A DNA stretch of 62,078 nucleotides, filler included, from Choristocarpus tenellus KU-1152 (GCA_964200185.2; 11 parts of 11 records of this genome joined end to end with filler, not necessarily neighbours in it); one strand, 5' to 3'. Numbered from the whole stretch's first letter, positions 1 to 14,339 are shown. Translations and numbers: made by a program. The notes: generated by a model not told the origin, from the letters alone.

Positions 1-3000
1 CCCCCCCCCCCCTCCCCCCAGATACTTTGGGTCTGTATTTTTTCAAGTTTTTTCTATATTATAGCAAATAGTTCTCGTTTACGAGGTCGTATTTTCACGC
101 CACACATTGACTTCAACATAATCTTCCTTGTGCACAAAGTTGCACCACCCTCCCTCCTCTCCTCCTTCCCTATCCCACCTGCAACCCCTTCCAAATAAAA
201 CGGTTCTATTTTTTTATAGTTAGACTCAACCTTCACACAACTTGCTTGGCGAGAGGAAAATTTCAATAGAGCCGGTAGGTTTGTAAGGCAGGAATTAATT
301 GGTTTTATGTACAGTATGTACGTCAGAGCGACCCAAAAAAGTCGATGTAGTTCAGTTTTTTATGAGGATATTTGATTCTTTGAACACATTGCATGCACGG
401 GTGTGAGGGCGAGCCTGTATCGAAGGACTAGAATAGGTAGTGGTAACGTACAGACAAATATAGGCGGATGGAAGGACAAGAGACTACTTGGTTTTAAACT
501 GTAAGTTCGTGAGAGGGCCCCAAAAGATTGGAAGCACCTTCCCTATCAGGAAAAGATAATACGACTCAAAATTCAAATAATAGAAAACACCTATACATAT
601 GATACATTTTGAAGGCCAGGGATTGCTTGATTCGATACAGGATGTAAATGAGAGAGGAATAAAAAGAGGTGGTGTTCAAGAGCGTGTATTTTTCAGGATA
701 TTTTCGAGTATGTGTGACTGTGCCATGCTGCTAATGTACAGGCACAGACGAATGGACCGACAGGAATTTCTTGTTTTATTTTTCCAGGGGTGTTGTTACC
801 TGAATCTCTACTCCCAGCACAGGTTTCCACAAACAAAAGAACACACCGATCGTGTCCTCTAGTACAAAGATGCTCAATAGCTTATGAAATATGTCTGGGT
901 GTGAAAGTATAGAGGCAACAGTGCACAAGTGGAGACTCCTATTTGAGGGTCAGTTGCTCGCGTGAGGGTTGAATGACTTCTCAAGATGTTATTGGTGTTG
1001 AAAAAGAGCGTGTGCACAGGAAATGGAAACAAGGCGAACAGAATGAAAAGAACTGGACACACATGTGTCCAAGACGACCCTTGACAAGTTCAGGATTGGA
1101 GTGGAGGGTTGGAGAACGTAGATATCACTAACCAATAGGAGTGGTATGAATGCATGGCTGACAACACAAAGGGCTGAGGTTGTTCATGACCAAATAATGG
1201 CATTTCAAGGAAGCTGTGATAGCCAATGTACTCACACCGAAGCACCACCTAAGGTCACCCAAATAAGCCACCACCACCACCACCACCACCACCAAAAGCA
1301 CTGTCAGCTCAATGTTATTTTCTTTGTGGACTTAATTCTCTTGGGTCCTTTGTTCCTTTTCTTTTTTCATCTTTCCCTCCTGTTTTGTGGAGTTGTTGGT
1401 ATCTTATCCTGTTGTGGGTTTTATTCCTCCTCTATATTCTTTAATTTTCTTCCTCTGGTATGTTTTTTTTTAATGCTTTTTCCGATCAAGGATCTGGGCC
1501 CGTCCGACTATTGCGATATATATAAAAGATATTTGTAACGTACGCACATGAGAGAGCCGATACTGGTCGCGTATAGATAGACAGACATATTGACATTCAG
1601 GAATTGTTTGGTTTCACACAATACGTAAGTGAGAGCGACCCAAAAGACTGTAAGGGTCCTTAGCGAGAGAAATAGTATAATATCATTGACTCAAAAGATG
1701 AGCAACCTATTTCTCAACACGGTCAAAACCAAAATATACATTTTTCAAATATAATTCATCTTACGCAAAATTTTCCGAGGAATCCAACGCAAAAACCATT
1801 TTGAAATCGGAGGTTGTCCCGAAGAGGTACATGCATAAAGGAACAGACTTATGGGACAGAGGGAGAATATGGAGAGGGAAGGGGTACACCCCTTGATGAT
1901 GGCAATAGTAGCACCAAACAAAATTGAATTGGGGATGGTGTTCGTCTCATTGTTCAGTTGGTTGTTTTCCCTACATGAATTTCGCTGGTTCGAACCCCTT
2001 CAACCTTAAAGTTATTTCGAAATGTAGTCTGGATGATTCAATTGCATGTGGCAAGCACAATAAACTGTACACACAAGTGGTGTGTCCAGGGATTCGCGTA
2101 TGTACCCCTCCCCCTTGAAGCCGTGCACAAGGCGAAAATTTCCGTGAGGATTTTGGAAAAAGGGATTTTCTCACGGAATTGTTATTGAGATACATGTCTG
2201 GTTCGTTACACTTCATCTGTAGCAATGTGGAATCCAAGGATGACTAGAACGGTACTACCGATTGCATGAAACTGTGTAATATTAGGAAGTATATAGTTCT
2301 TCCATTCGCAATGTGTAGCCAATAGTCCTGGCGACAGGGGTTGATTCTTGTCTTGGATGTTATCTTGTTTCTACGCTATTGCCTGTAGGACGTTAGAGTT
2401 GATTTGGTCAGTGTACTCTACATGATACTGCAAACATATCTAAAACTGTTTTGAGCACCATGCCAACAATGGCCGTGTCATCCACAGTTCTCGGCCTCTT
2501 CTACCCACCCATAGGTGGGACATCCTTATGTTGTGTGCTGGTGCCAGCATCCCCCCAAGTCCAACCTCCCATATCAGACATGAATGGACTGGATTATATA
2601 TTTTCTGGAAAACCATTACCATTACTGGATGTAGACGATGAAGCCTCTCAACCTGTTCTTGGTCAGCACACTAATGATAATATTGATGGACAGACCTGGT
2701 CCTGGTCATCGTTTGCTCACAAACCTTGAAAGGTGGAAGGGAAAAGTTGATAACGGTTGTTTTTTGAGAACGGCCACAAGACATTTGACAGGAAAAGGCA
2801 CCCTTTCAGTTTTGAGTTGTGAAACTATACTGGAATCTAAAGCTGTGAAGATATATATATATTTTGCTTGAGGAATACACCACACACACTTCATTCAATA
2901 TCTTGTTTGACCTCAGTTATGTTACTAGTGAGGCATAACAGACAAAAAAAGCTGCTTCAACTTTGTACGCTATATGCCACCGTAACTTAGGGAACCATGA

Positions 3001-4796
3001 AACAGTTCGATCTTTTGATGTGATGTTACACAAACAACGAGATGAACAATTCATCACCAGGGCATCAAAAAGAACCCTTCAACAAATGTTTCATCCATGT
3101 GTTTCTAATGAACCAAAATGAGTCAAAAGCAGTGCTTTTACTGGCTCTAATGAGTCTCCGCAGAACGAACTATATTGCCATTGATACACGCTGTGAAACA
3201 GTTCTTTAAAGCACACCGATCTATCTGTTTGTTTCCCAACAGTTCGAAACAACTGCAGGACTATACAATGTCGACTTCATCATTTCAAGACAATAATAAA
3301 TTCAAGAAAAGACCATTTTCAGCACCTGTACAATGTGCATTTACGTTTACAACCTTGTCGAAGACCCATGGTCAAGAACAGCATCCAAGGTTTAAATGTC
3401 TTTTTATGCTGAACCATAATTGGCCTCAAGAACGCGTGTGATGGATTGATTCTCCATTCAACACAAAAATGGTTGTCGAGAACGATAAATTATAGCTTTA
3501 CAGCCCAATATTATAAGGGTACTTTTCCCATCACTAAGAGAGCACTCCCGTGGCTCACTACAGGGCAACTATATAAACCTAGAATGAAAACATCCACAAC
3601 ACATCTACATCAGCTTGCAATTCCGTTTTTGCATGTATTTGGCACCTGGTGGCCGTGTATGGTACTGGATGCCAGGCTCACTGCCTGCTATTATGACAGG
3701 TTGATGCCCTAGGGACATTTGTATCACAAGAATCATGGTACTTGCTTGGGTTGGCTTTTTCCTGCACCCATCCCCCATACACCAGGTACAGATCTACAGC
3801 ACAAGAAGGGCGAGCTATTTATACCTTCAGTAACAAGTGTGTACTAACTCTGTTGTGGACAAAAGAGGTTGAGAGCAGGGAAAGTAAGTTTATCCTCCCT
3901 TTGCTAGGTGAGTGTTAATTTTCCAAGGAGACAGAAGAGACAACTTGCATACAGGAGGGCCGCATGCAACGAGCATACAATGTGGGTAGTATACCAGCAC
4001 TCCTATAGATAAAAAAATGTGTATGAGGAATGAAGGAACTACTATCTCAGATCCTGCATATGGTCCACTCTGTCTCTTGTAGTTCTAACACATGTGAGGG
4101 AGACAGACAGCTAATCAAGCCAGCTCTACTTTTTATGTGCAGCAAATATACTTTGTTGTCTCTCTCTATTATATTTACTATATCCAAGGAAACCCTCGTG
4201 TTGACTTGGAACATTTTTTCAAAAGTTCACTAAGAAAAAGGACTTATTAACTACTTACCAAACAAATCTACAAAGAGAGTCATCATTATGTTGCTTATTA
4301 TATCCAATCAAAAATATATAATACTACTACTTCAATGAACAAACAGAGGTCCATAATTAGAGCTCCAATATTTCTCCCTGTGTAGGATGAAAAGGGTATA
4401 CTACAGAGAAATCAAAGGGCTAATCAGGAAAAGGTAACTCCCACTCATCAAAATGATCCCCACACCATACTCTAAAAAAAAGTAGAAATGAAACCCTCCT
4501 TGGTACATGTATTACCCCTTCTTGACACAATCAGAGATTCAAGTACACATATGTGAGGATACACTACACTCCCATATACTTCCAGCATACAAGGAGTGAT
4601 GCCCCATTGATTACACTCTCTTTTAGCTTACAATACAATGAAACGAACAATAATATACTCATATACTTGGTGAAATCTCTTTGCTTTGAGGTGGAAGCAA
4701 GCCCATGATCAACGCCACCCCCTTCCCTGAGGTGACTGCATGGCTTGCATTAAATAAGAGGCAACACCCCACCACCATCCCCTCCCCTCCCCTCCC

Positions 4797-4896
4797 NNNN
4801 NNNNNNNNNNNNNNNNNNNNNNNNNNNNNNNNNNNNNNNNTTAATTAATTAANNNNNNNNNNNNNNNNNNNNNNNNNNNNNNNNNNNNNNNNNNNN
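4797..4896. other. Artificial contig linker (N44-TTAATTAATTAA-N44); the same linker recurs at 11184-11283, 19103-19202, 30085-30184, 38382-38481, 42324-42423, 45059-45158, 48739-48838, 52210-52309 and 57394-57493
   Basis: Identical 100-bp N-padded spacer with stop codons in all six frames. Confidence 0.97.
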
Positions 4897-5312
4897 AAAA
4901 CCCTCCTTTAACCATAGAGCCAGGAGTACACTGATACGCCATATTTTCCTCACACTGTGCTGACCCCCCCCCCCCTCCCCCCTGGCCTGCCCCCATCACA
5001 TATCTTGTCATGTCCAATATCAGATATTGAAGCACTAATGACATAACCTGATGCTGACTTGAAAAGCATGAGTTTTTGTTATTATTTTATAGTAATAATA
5101 AAAATAATTTCTACCCTTTGCCTGCAGGTTCGGTGTCTGAGTTCCAAGAAGGGACTGGGCTTTCTTACGTATATTATGTCTATATTATCTATTATTGAAT
5201 GCGTGCCTGTAGTGATGGCCGGTTGCTGTGTTGCTGAATTCAGTAGTATGTTTGTGCAAACCCTAACCCTATCCCTATCCCTATCCCTAATGGTGCCACC
5301 TAACTCTTGAAG

Positions 5313-8300
5313 GTGGAGAGTGCAGCCGGAACGGAAGAGGCAGAAAAGCTTCAGGAGCTGGTGGATTGTATCTCCATTGCTATGAAGGAAAAGATGGCCA
5401 AGGCTAGTGAACGCCTTCAGGTGACTACAAATCCCTTTGTCCTTTTTGTCCTTTTTGTTTGTGTGCTTTTGGTTCCTCTTCCAGTAACAATTCGTGTACA
5501 GTGCTTTTCGTAACTGTCCATTCATGGGTACAGTGCTTTTGGTAACCGTCGATTCGACTTTGAATGTTCAGTCCCTGTACTTGGTACTTGGTGCTACTTG
5601 GAATGTATAGCGGTTCAGACCAGAGTTCTATGTTGTATGGCTAGTGTATGTAATAAGGGCCTTGTCTTGTGTGTGTGCTCTACGCCTCTGTACTATTGCA
5701 CTACGATTTATTGGATTTGGTACTGATTCAGTCCTACTGTGGTAGTCAGTATGTTGGGTTAGGGTTAGGGTTAGGCTTGATCAACGCAATAATATCCTTC
5801 TTCAAACTGTACAGCATCTAAGTGATGCATACAAGTTCATTCAATGTGGATCAATTTTTCCGCCTGTGGTTGGTGAATCGGGGTTGGGGTTAGGGTTTCC
5901 GATTCTTGTTCAAATGGCTTTATTTGCTACATGGTAGAGACTGTATCCTGGTGGGCTTGACCCAAACCTTGGTCATTTAGCCCCAATGAAGAGTCATTTC
6001 TTTCTGCACCAGTTGCAAACCCTGCTAGAAATGCTGTATGATAAGATAGATACTCTTCTCCTCCAGATTGAGTGCAAAGCACCAAACCACTGCTCCCTTT
6101 CAATACATTCTGTGTATTGAGTTTCTTTTTCTGCCCATGTATGTGGCAGTTACATGTATCACCGCCTTCCATGGACCTGCAAAGACTTGTGGTGTGCCAT
6201 GTGGGTTCTGATTGCAGCTGTACTTGTTGAGAGTCTGAGACCTTCTGAGGGAGTAGGTTCTGTTTAGTGATACTCAATGCCGATTTGAATGATGTGGGTA
6301 ATCTTCTTCCATGTAGTAGTTCGGTTCTGGTACATGGAATATATCTGAAGAATTTTCTTTCGGAAAGTTCCACCTCGTGGTCTATGTCTGAAGAATCTTC
6401 TGTAGGAATATTCTGCCTCATGGAGTGTGTCTCAACAATATTCCACATACTGTAAGGGTTAAAAACACTTACATTATTTATGGAAGCACTTAAGAATCGA
6501 TCATCGTGTTGTTTTTCTTTTGAAACTGAAAGTAACTGTATTTGTATCCGTATGTACTCTACCTCTGGGTCTACTTTGTTTCATACTTCAATGGACCAAC
6601 AGTTATTACCGATGTCATGTTCTTGGTTTGGTGGCATTGAACCATACAATATTTAGAGTCTAGTTGAACAAGGCTTTATTACCTTAAAACCAATATTGCC
6701 TTACGAGTCAAATCTCCATGTATATATATATATAAACCACTTGACAAGTCTTTTTACGATGACATTTGCGTTGTATTCTGTACAAGTGGAACAGTGGTTT
6801 ATGTAGAGTTAACATGTCAAGAGGTAGTGGGATCGAATCCTGGTAAGAACGCTTTTTCAAGTACTCAAAAGTAAAAACAGAATATTTAGTGAGGGAAGAA
6901 AAAGAGAGAGTGAATGAACGGACTCAGAGGTATATGTGAAGATTGAGATGGTCGGTGAATATCCATGGATTATGCCCGGTTAGCTCCACAGTCCCTGATT
7001 TTGTCAAATTTTGATACACCACTGCCAGAGACATGGTGCGACTCTCTATCCCAGGGGGAAATTGGTGTATAATCTCGATATTTGAAAAACAGTGATTGAT
7101 TACTGTCAACGGTGGCTATTTTGTGTACTTGATTGATTCGCTCCTGCTTGGTTCTCATTAGGTACCAAGGTACTCATCCAGGTACCAAGGGCAACTGGGG
7201 GTACCTAATGAGAACCTTGCAATGCTGCCATGAAGTCCTCTGAAAAAAAAGAAAAATGGCACACTTATCTTTTACGGAGTTAACATTTTCATTCACCGCC
7301 GTCAGCAACATAGACCTGCACTACCAACTGTATACATATATGTTGTTTAGAAGTAGGGTTAAGGTTAGGGCTAGTACCAATGTGTGTACCTCAATAATTT
7401 TAAGAACAGTTACATTTGTTTATTCCAAACATTCTATTGTGGGCATAACCTTAACTCTCCGACCTTGTCCTTGATTTTTGTTATTTATTTCAACTTTGAT
7501 CCTAACACTGGCATGTACCCCCTGCCCTTGATTGTCACCTATCCTCGTTTCAACGGAGAACAGCTGATCCTTCAGTCTGGAACACCTACCAAGATGATCG
7601 ACGCAGTCTCTAAGATGGCACAAGATGGGGAGGTGGACGATGCCCTCCTGCTTCTTATGCAGGTGGACCCTAATCCTTGACATTTATCATTGCTATTATT
7701 ACACTGGTAGTAAGAATATATATATTTTGAAGTATTGATAGAATGATCATATGTTTGTGAATGATAGCGACTTTTAAAAAATGTAATAATGAGGTTGATT
7801 TAAAAAAAAAGAAAATCGCGTGGATTTTATCCTGCCGTATGATTTTTTTTAAATATAATTACAAGTATGATCGATTTTGCAACTGCTTCAACACTACATT
7901 TTTATTTCCCACTACTTTGGGGTGGAGTGTGTTCTGGGGGTGCCACAGAGCTATGCAGAATCCACGATGTCCTTGTGCAACTGGTTTGTACTTTTCATGT
8001 TTATAATACTAATAATAATAATATGTAATGATGGGCGAAGGCCAATATGGAACAGGCAGAGGCTGCTGGGGCTGCACCTGCCGCCCAACTCCTTAGCAAG
8101 CTCAAGGACAAGGTTCAAGAGGAGCTTGACAACAAGGTTAGAATAGAAGTAACTCTCTCCCTAGTTGTAGTGGTATCTTAATAGACTGAGATGTACATGT
8201 CGAGGCTTTCGTGTATTGCCAACCCTGTCCTTGGTTGGATTGTTTCCTCTGTATACCTGGTGGATACAGCCTGGTGCAATTGATCAATACATTGTACCGC

Positions 8301-9149
8301 TTTGTACCTCCTCTTTGAAGTAACATGATTAACCTTCTTTTTACCTTTGAAGTAACATGATTAACCTTCTTTTACCTTTGAAGTGACACGATTAACCTTC
8401 TTTTACCTTTGAAGTAACATGATTAACCTTATTTTACCTTTGAAGTGACACGATTAACCTTTTTGACATTCTGGCATTTCATGGTTAACTTGCTTCAATG
8501 TGATACAATGGGATGCTGTTTACGTGTTATTAGTATGATTGAAGTTATGTGTGTGACAATAAACCCTAACCCTAACCCAAACGCGCAGTTTATTATTTTT
8601 GTTTAGATTCTAGGACTGGGCTTGGAAAGTACTGGAGTACGTTGTAATTGGAAGGCGTTTGTTTTGTGCGAAAAAAAAGCGTTTTTTATCTCGCGCTCTT
8701 GCCTATTTTGAATTACAAATGACCTCTAAGAAGAAAGCAGTGTTTTTATTAGATTAGGGCTCAGTTCATTTGCCGGTATGGTAAGATCACCTAACAATTC
8801 CTGTCAATGGTATATGGTATATGTGGATTAGGTTGTGGTGTTAGACTATAAGTGAGTCAGGTTATACTGTTCCTACATGCTCTCATTTTTGTTTTTGCTG
8901 GGTGGGATTCCACTATCTTACGATCTTTTAGGTTGGATATCTTGCCCATTGGGCATTTCGTTTATTTAATTCCTTAATGATTATTCCCTTGAGCATCTTT
9001 CTCCATCCCTAACCTTATCCCAATATCTTTTTGTGCATCCTCTCACTATACATACATACATACATACATAAATGTATGTCCAGGTGGAGCCCCAAAAGCG
9101 ATTGCTGCGCCAATTGCTCAGGACCCCGGATAAGGATGAACGAATTAAG
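5313..9149 (+). CDS. Partial multi-exon gene, helical protein resembling the plant plastid At4g37920/PALE CRESS-like family
   Basis: Four phase-0 AG/GT-bounded exons (5313-5420, 7564-7662, 8041-8136, 9084-9149) join to ...KASERLQLILQSGTPTKMIDAVSKMAQDGEVDDALLLLMQANMEQAEAAG...KVEPQKRLLRQLLRTPDKDERIK. The family is assigned from recalled similarity of the 'LD..L.LL' and 'P..RLL..LL...D..ER' pattern. Confidence 0.6.
8305..8462. repeat. 31-bp minisatellite, about 5 copies (intronic)
   Basis: Repeated TTACCTTTGAAGT(A/G)ACA(T/C)GATTAACCTTCTT. Confidence 0.9.
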
Positions 9150-10179
9150 GTACACCCTATTTAATGGATAAACTGAGACTCTCCTTACGGCATCCATGTG
9201 TGAGGGCGTGTTAGGAAGAGTTGATCCAACCAAAACACGTTTTCCTTCTTGGGTAAGATGTACTATTAGATACTAATGGTGAGGCATTAGGGTTAAGGAG
9301 TGGGAGTAAGCAGTAGTCATTCGGGTGTGATTTGGTTTTTAAATTGTCATTCTTGTTACTATCAATATTTGATTGAAGAATAGAAGGAAGGCTAAAGAGC
9401 AGAGAGAAGTGGAAAGTCTCTTAGGAAAAGGTCTTTCTTGTGTCATATTCCCTAACCCTAGTAGCCATGTCGTTTTAATATGTATGAGTTTGTATGCATA
9501 TTTTTTTGGTGTTCCAATACCAAAATGCCTTACTGTGTTTAGGAACACTCCTTGTGCTCATTGATCACCCCCGATGCGTGGAGTGTAACATTGATATTAT
9601 TATTATTATTATTTTACATATTATTATTACTTCATTATTTGTTTATTTATTATGGTTTCTTGTCTGGGGAAGTGTGGTATTTTTTATTTTATTTGGCATT
9701 TTGTCTCGTAGTCTCTTATATGCTATACGATGAACTGGAATGTGAAAGAATGACCGCAGTGATGAATGCCCTTTGCTAGATATCATTCCAAATCTAATAT
9801 CTTGGTGTATGTATGCTTGTGGTTGTTCTGTTCGCATACATGATGATTTTGAAGATTCCGTGGGGTGTATTACGTTAGAAAGTGCTGCAAGTTTGCAAGA
9901 GTGGTGCAGGAGTAGAATCATATATATTTTTTCATTAATTCATTTGGAAGCGTTTCCCTACTGGTAAAGGATCTTAGCAACAGCAGCCGATCTAGTCTAC
10001 TAAAAAATAAAATAAAACAATTCTATTAAATGTCATCCAATGTTAAGCCAAAAAGAACCGCCTTCCCAGATTGTTGGGGTTTTTTCCTCGTCAACACGCC
10101 TTCCCAATCTTTCAGAATTATTTGGACATGTGTGCATTGGGTGGGTGTGGCAGCTACAATGTGTTGTGTGAACTGCATG

Positions 10180-10498
10180 GATAGTATAGTATTGATAGTA
10201 TAGTATCGATAAATAGGATAGATAGGATAGTATAATATTGATAGTATCGATAGATAGTATAGTATTGATAGAATAGTATCGATAGATAGGGTAGTATAGT
10301 ATTGATAGTATCGATAGATAGGATAGGATAGTATAGTATTGATAGTATCGATAGATAGGATAGTATAGTATAGTATTGATAGTATCGATAGATAGGATAG
10401 ATAGTGTAGTATAGTATTGATAGTATCGATAGATAGTATAGATAGTGTAGTATAGTATAGTATTGATAGTATCGATAGATAGGATAGTATAGTATAGT
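10180..10498. repeat. Low-complexity tandem repeat built of ATAGT/GATA/ATCGAT units
   Basis: Repeated ATAGTATAGTATTGATAGTATCGATAGATAGG; the ORFs over it are artefacts. Confidence 0.92.
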
Positions 10499-11283
10499 CC
10501 GTATCCTTTGTGTGCTGTGAACACGAGAGGCTCTCAATAGATATATATATAATATCTAATAGATATATCTAATACAGACCAAGCCCACCTTCTACTACGC
10601 AGAAGTGAGCTCTTTTTTGCCTTACGTCTTCTTACGGTTAGGGTTAGGGTTAGGGTTAGGGCATGTGTACACCTTTTTGTTGCTGTTATTATTTGTATTA
10701 GGGTTGGGGTTGGGGCTAGGACATGTGTGCAGTAATATGTTGAGCGTTTGTAGGGTGGTAAGATAGTCAGCTCAGCTCTCCCCTGGTTAGACTTTTAGCC
10801 ATAGTTCAATCTTCAATCTACTCTTGTTGTAGAAGATCGATCCGATCACTTCCGTTGTTTTTATTTTGAAGATTGATTCGCCTCTGTACCAGTGGATGAG
10901 TAAGTACCCTTGAATGTGTGTCCTCACTCTGTACCTCTTCTCTGTCACAGATGGTCACCTCACCTCTTAGAAAACGGTGAATCTTATGTCCGGGTGGGTT
11001 AAGAGTTTAAAACAACGTGCTGGCGATTCAACACCCTCAAGCAAATATCTACCTATATTTTATATATTTGACAACTAAAATAAAATATAAAAAAAAAACT
11101 ACTCACCCCCCCCCCCCCCCCACCCCACCCCACCTTTCCCCCCCACCAAAAACATCTGATACTCGCCCACCCTCCCGTACCGCNNNNNNNNNNNNNNNNN
11201 NNNNNNNNNNNNNNNNNNNNNNNNNNNTTAATTAATTAANNNNNNNNNNNNNNNNNNNNNNNNNNNNNNNNNNNNNNNNNNNN

Positions 11284-14140
11284 CTGGTAAATACGAACGA
11301 TACAGTAAGCCATTACGAAGGAAAAAATACGACATATACGTCGTCGATTCCTTATCAGGCAGTGGGACGACGTTGCGGGACTGCAAATACCTGAAATATG
11401 GTCCGAACTCGGACTCCTACTCCTTGCGCAATTGCTCCTGGTCCACTGAAGGAAACACAGTAGTGGAACTAGTAAATAGTAAATATTACTTTGGACGGGC
11501 GTTGCTTGGTCAAGGTTCGAAGCAGATAACTCATATTCCTTTTGAACACGTGTGGTAAATGCACGACTACCTTCAGGTACATTACGACAGATTGGTGCCA
11601 GCATTGGAGAAAGGGATTTCTCCTGTTCCTCAAACTTGAAAATACAAGATAGAGTATCAGGTATAACATTGAGCTTACCGAGCTTGTGCTTAACTGTGAA
11701 ATCATACGCTTGAAGAGCAATTACCCAACGAGTAAGCATGTTACTGGTATCCTGCATTCTATACAAGTAACACAATGCGGCATGATATGTGATGCAGGTG
11801 AAGTATCTACCCCAAAGATACGGTCGCCAATGCGTGATGGCTGTAACGACTGCATAACACTCTCTTAATGTAACTGAGAGTGAAAGTATCTTAGAGGGTA
11901 CGATTTTTGCCCTGTTTGTCTATTTGGGACTTGGCTTCCCACGAGTTCNNNNNNNNNNTTTTACCTACTCCCAAATGCTTCGGAGTAGGTAAAGTGTGTA
12001 TGTTATGAGAAGGTGTGTCGAGAATAAAGATATTGACATCTCCTAACAAACATGATAGTCAAAATTACATCAAAATTGCAACATTAGATTTTGTCCCCCA
12101 AATGGACACGGCTCTACCCTCCAAGATACTTTGACTCTGAATAATAACGTTGAGCTTCATTAAATTTCTTGCTGAAGTATGCAATGATGCCTAGGTCTGC
12201 AGGATTATCGGATCGAGGTTGTGCTAAAACCCTCCAGCACTACTCTCACTGGCATTAACATGAATGCTGAATTCTTTGGTAAAGTCAGGAAACACGAGAA
12301 CCGGGGCAGCAGTGAGTAAATGTTTTACTTAAAAAAATGCCACATCCTGGTCCAATCCCTATTATTTATCCACTCTCTTATTGACACCTTTCTTAGTGAG
12401 AAGAACTAACGGTTCGATTACTGTGGCTAAGTTAGGTATGAATTTACGCCCAAAGTTTATCATACCTAGGAAAGATCGAAGTTCTTTGATGGTGGTAGGT
12501 TTGGGTAATTCAGTGATTGCACGGACACGATCCTCACCGATACGAATCCCTTCAGACGATAAAATGTTACCCAGGTAACGTACTTCTTTGGGTCCAAACT
12601 GGATCTTTGACGGTTTCAAAGTTAAACCTGCTGCTTGTAACGCTTTGAACTACTGTTCTAGTAAGTGTATATGTCCTTCCCATGTGGGAGAATAAGCAAT
12701 CAGATCATCCATGTAAACTAGCAACCCACTCAATGGACCAAAGCTTGCAAAGGCTAAGGACATGATTCTTTGAAATTGCCATGGGGCATTTCATATCCCA
12801 AAGGGCATCATCTTAAAAACGTATTTGCCTCTGGACGTGACAAAAGCAGTTTTATCAATGTCATCCTCAGCAACAAGAATCTGCCAATATGCACTCTGAA
12901 TATCACAAACGGTGATCAATTTGGCACCCCCAACAGTATCAATATGAGACTATATCAGGCATAGGCCAAGACTGCCGAACAAGGTGTTTGTTGACCTATA
13001 GTCCACACAGAATCGTGGGTAGCCATCAGATTTGGCGACAATAGTAATAGGATTACCCCAAGGGCTGGCACGTTTTTCAATAATGCCTTGCTCTTCCATA
13101 GTATTAACATAAGAGTCAATTACTTGTTGAGTATGGGGGTTTGCTCTGTAAGGGTTCCTGTCAACAGGTTTGGTACCAGGCTCTATAGGAATTTCTGCTT
13201 CAGCTAGGGTACATCTGCCTAGTTCTGCTGCATTCAACGAAAATACCGATCTATAACGAGCACAGAGGTCTAAAAGTTGAGACACTTGTGACTGATTGAA
13301 CGTGGTATCTTTGAATGCGTTTGACTTGGTGAAGGCTTGATGTAACTCCTCTCTAGCTTTACTGAATGGAGCAGAATCAGTATTTAGAGCACTAACAGTA
13401 ATTGGTACCTGATCTGAAATAGGGGTTAAGTGACCTATCACAAGATGCTTCCTGATACGTACTTTCCGTGTTGTTGGATTTGCCATTTGAACCAATACTG
13501 ATCTATTACTTGCTGACCAAGTACTGAGAGTGCGAGCAGCTACGATACGATTCCATGGATGTGTAGGTTCAGTGGTTTGATCTACAGCAGGCATGGAGTG
13601 TATGACTGGCTCCACTACTACGGCAGTATCCAATGACGGACTAGTATCAGTTGTGCAACATACGATGATTTCATGACCATCTGGTATGTTATACTGTTTA
13701 TGTACACGAACAGGTATAGGGTCAAAATCATGTTGCACACTCACCACAGAATACGAAGGAGTGGTACTTGTATCACGTACTTGAGTGGGGCTCCTTGCCA
13801 TGTTATGTCTTGCTGGAATGGTACACGAACTGTTGTGAAATAAAAGACGTTCTTGCCAATCAAGGATTGCACCAAATGCCTGCATAGCACTATTATCAAG
13901 CAGAATATTATTGGGACCAAGTTAGGGAATCACTAAAGCTTCAACTGGTAATGTGGTATCACCAAGTGTAAGTGCAAAACGAATAAATCCACGAATATGT
14001 ACAGGTGAACCATTTGCTGCACATAGATTTATTGCACCAGGTGGGACAGGATGCACATCAAAACGTTTCAGTTGAGGGTGATTGCGAACAAATGTTTCAT
14101 AAATACATGGTACATCACTGGCTGTGTCAATTGTCAAGTC
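11284..14140 (-). pseudogene. pol: Gypsy pol remnant (protease, RT, RNase H), disrupted by stops, frameshifts and a MITE
   Basis: ORF pieces 13922-14338, 12950-13885, 12362-12619 and 11236-11775 carry the PR, RT and RH motifs. Confidence 0.92.
11878..12137 (+). mobile_element. MITE family B (~260 bp) inserted in the Gypsy RNase H region
   Basis: TIRs GAGTGAAAGTATCTTAGAGGGTA / TACCCTCCAAGATACTTTGACTC; TGA (or CTGA) duplication; removal restores the frame ...QRYYSVTLREC... Confidence 0.93.
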
Positions 14141-14339
14141 ATTTTCCTCTTGGTCTTCAACAGTGCCAGATACATGCACTCTTTGTGATGAAAACGACAA
14201 AGGTGTGGGCATGGATGGATATATGCACAAAGAACTGTTGGACCAAGTTTCATTATTATTACACGAGTTTGGTTGAACTAAGCAAAGATAAATGCTTAGT
14301 GACACGCGTGCAGGCAATAAACGATGCATGCGGGGCAAG

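Noticed and set aside
1146-1538. 130-aa His-tract/hydrophobic ORF
   Set aside because: Product of a CAC microsatellite and T-rich sequence; no domain or splice support
4841-4852. Recurrent TTAATTAATTAA motif and ORFs ending in 'LIN'
   Set aside because: Synthetic scaffolding linker inside N runs, not biological
8305-8462. Possible CRISPR-like direct repeats (also 37771-37907 and 52731-52970)
   Set aside because: Head-to-tail units without unique spacers, no cas genes, eukaryotic context
10033-10537. Tyr/Ile-rich ORFs of 127-163 aa
   Set aside because: Translations of a simple tandem repeat
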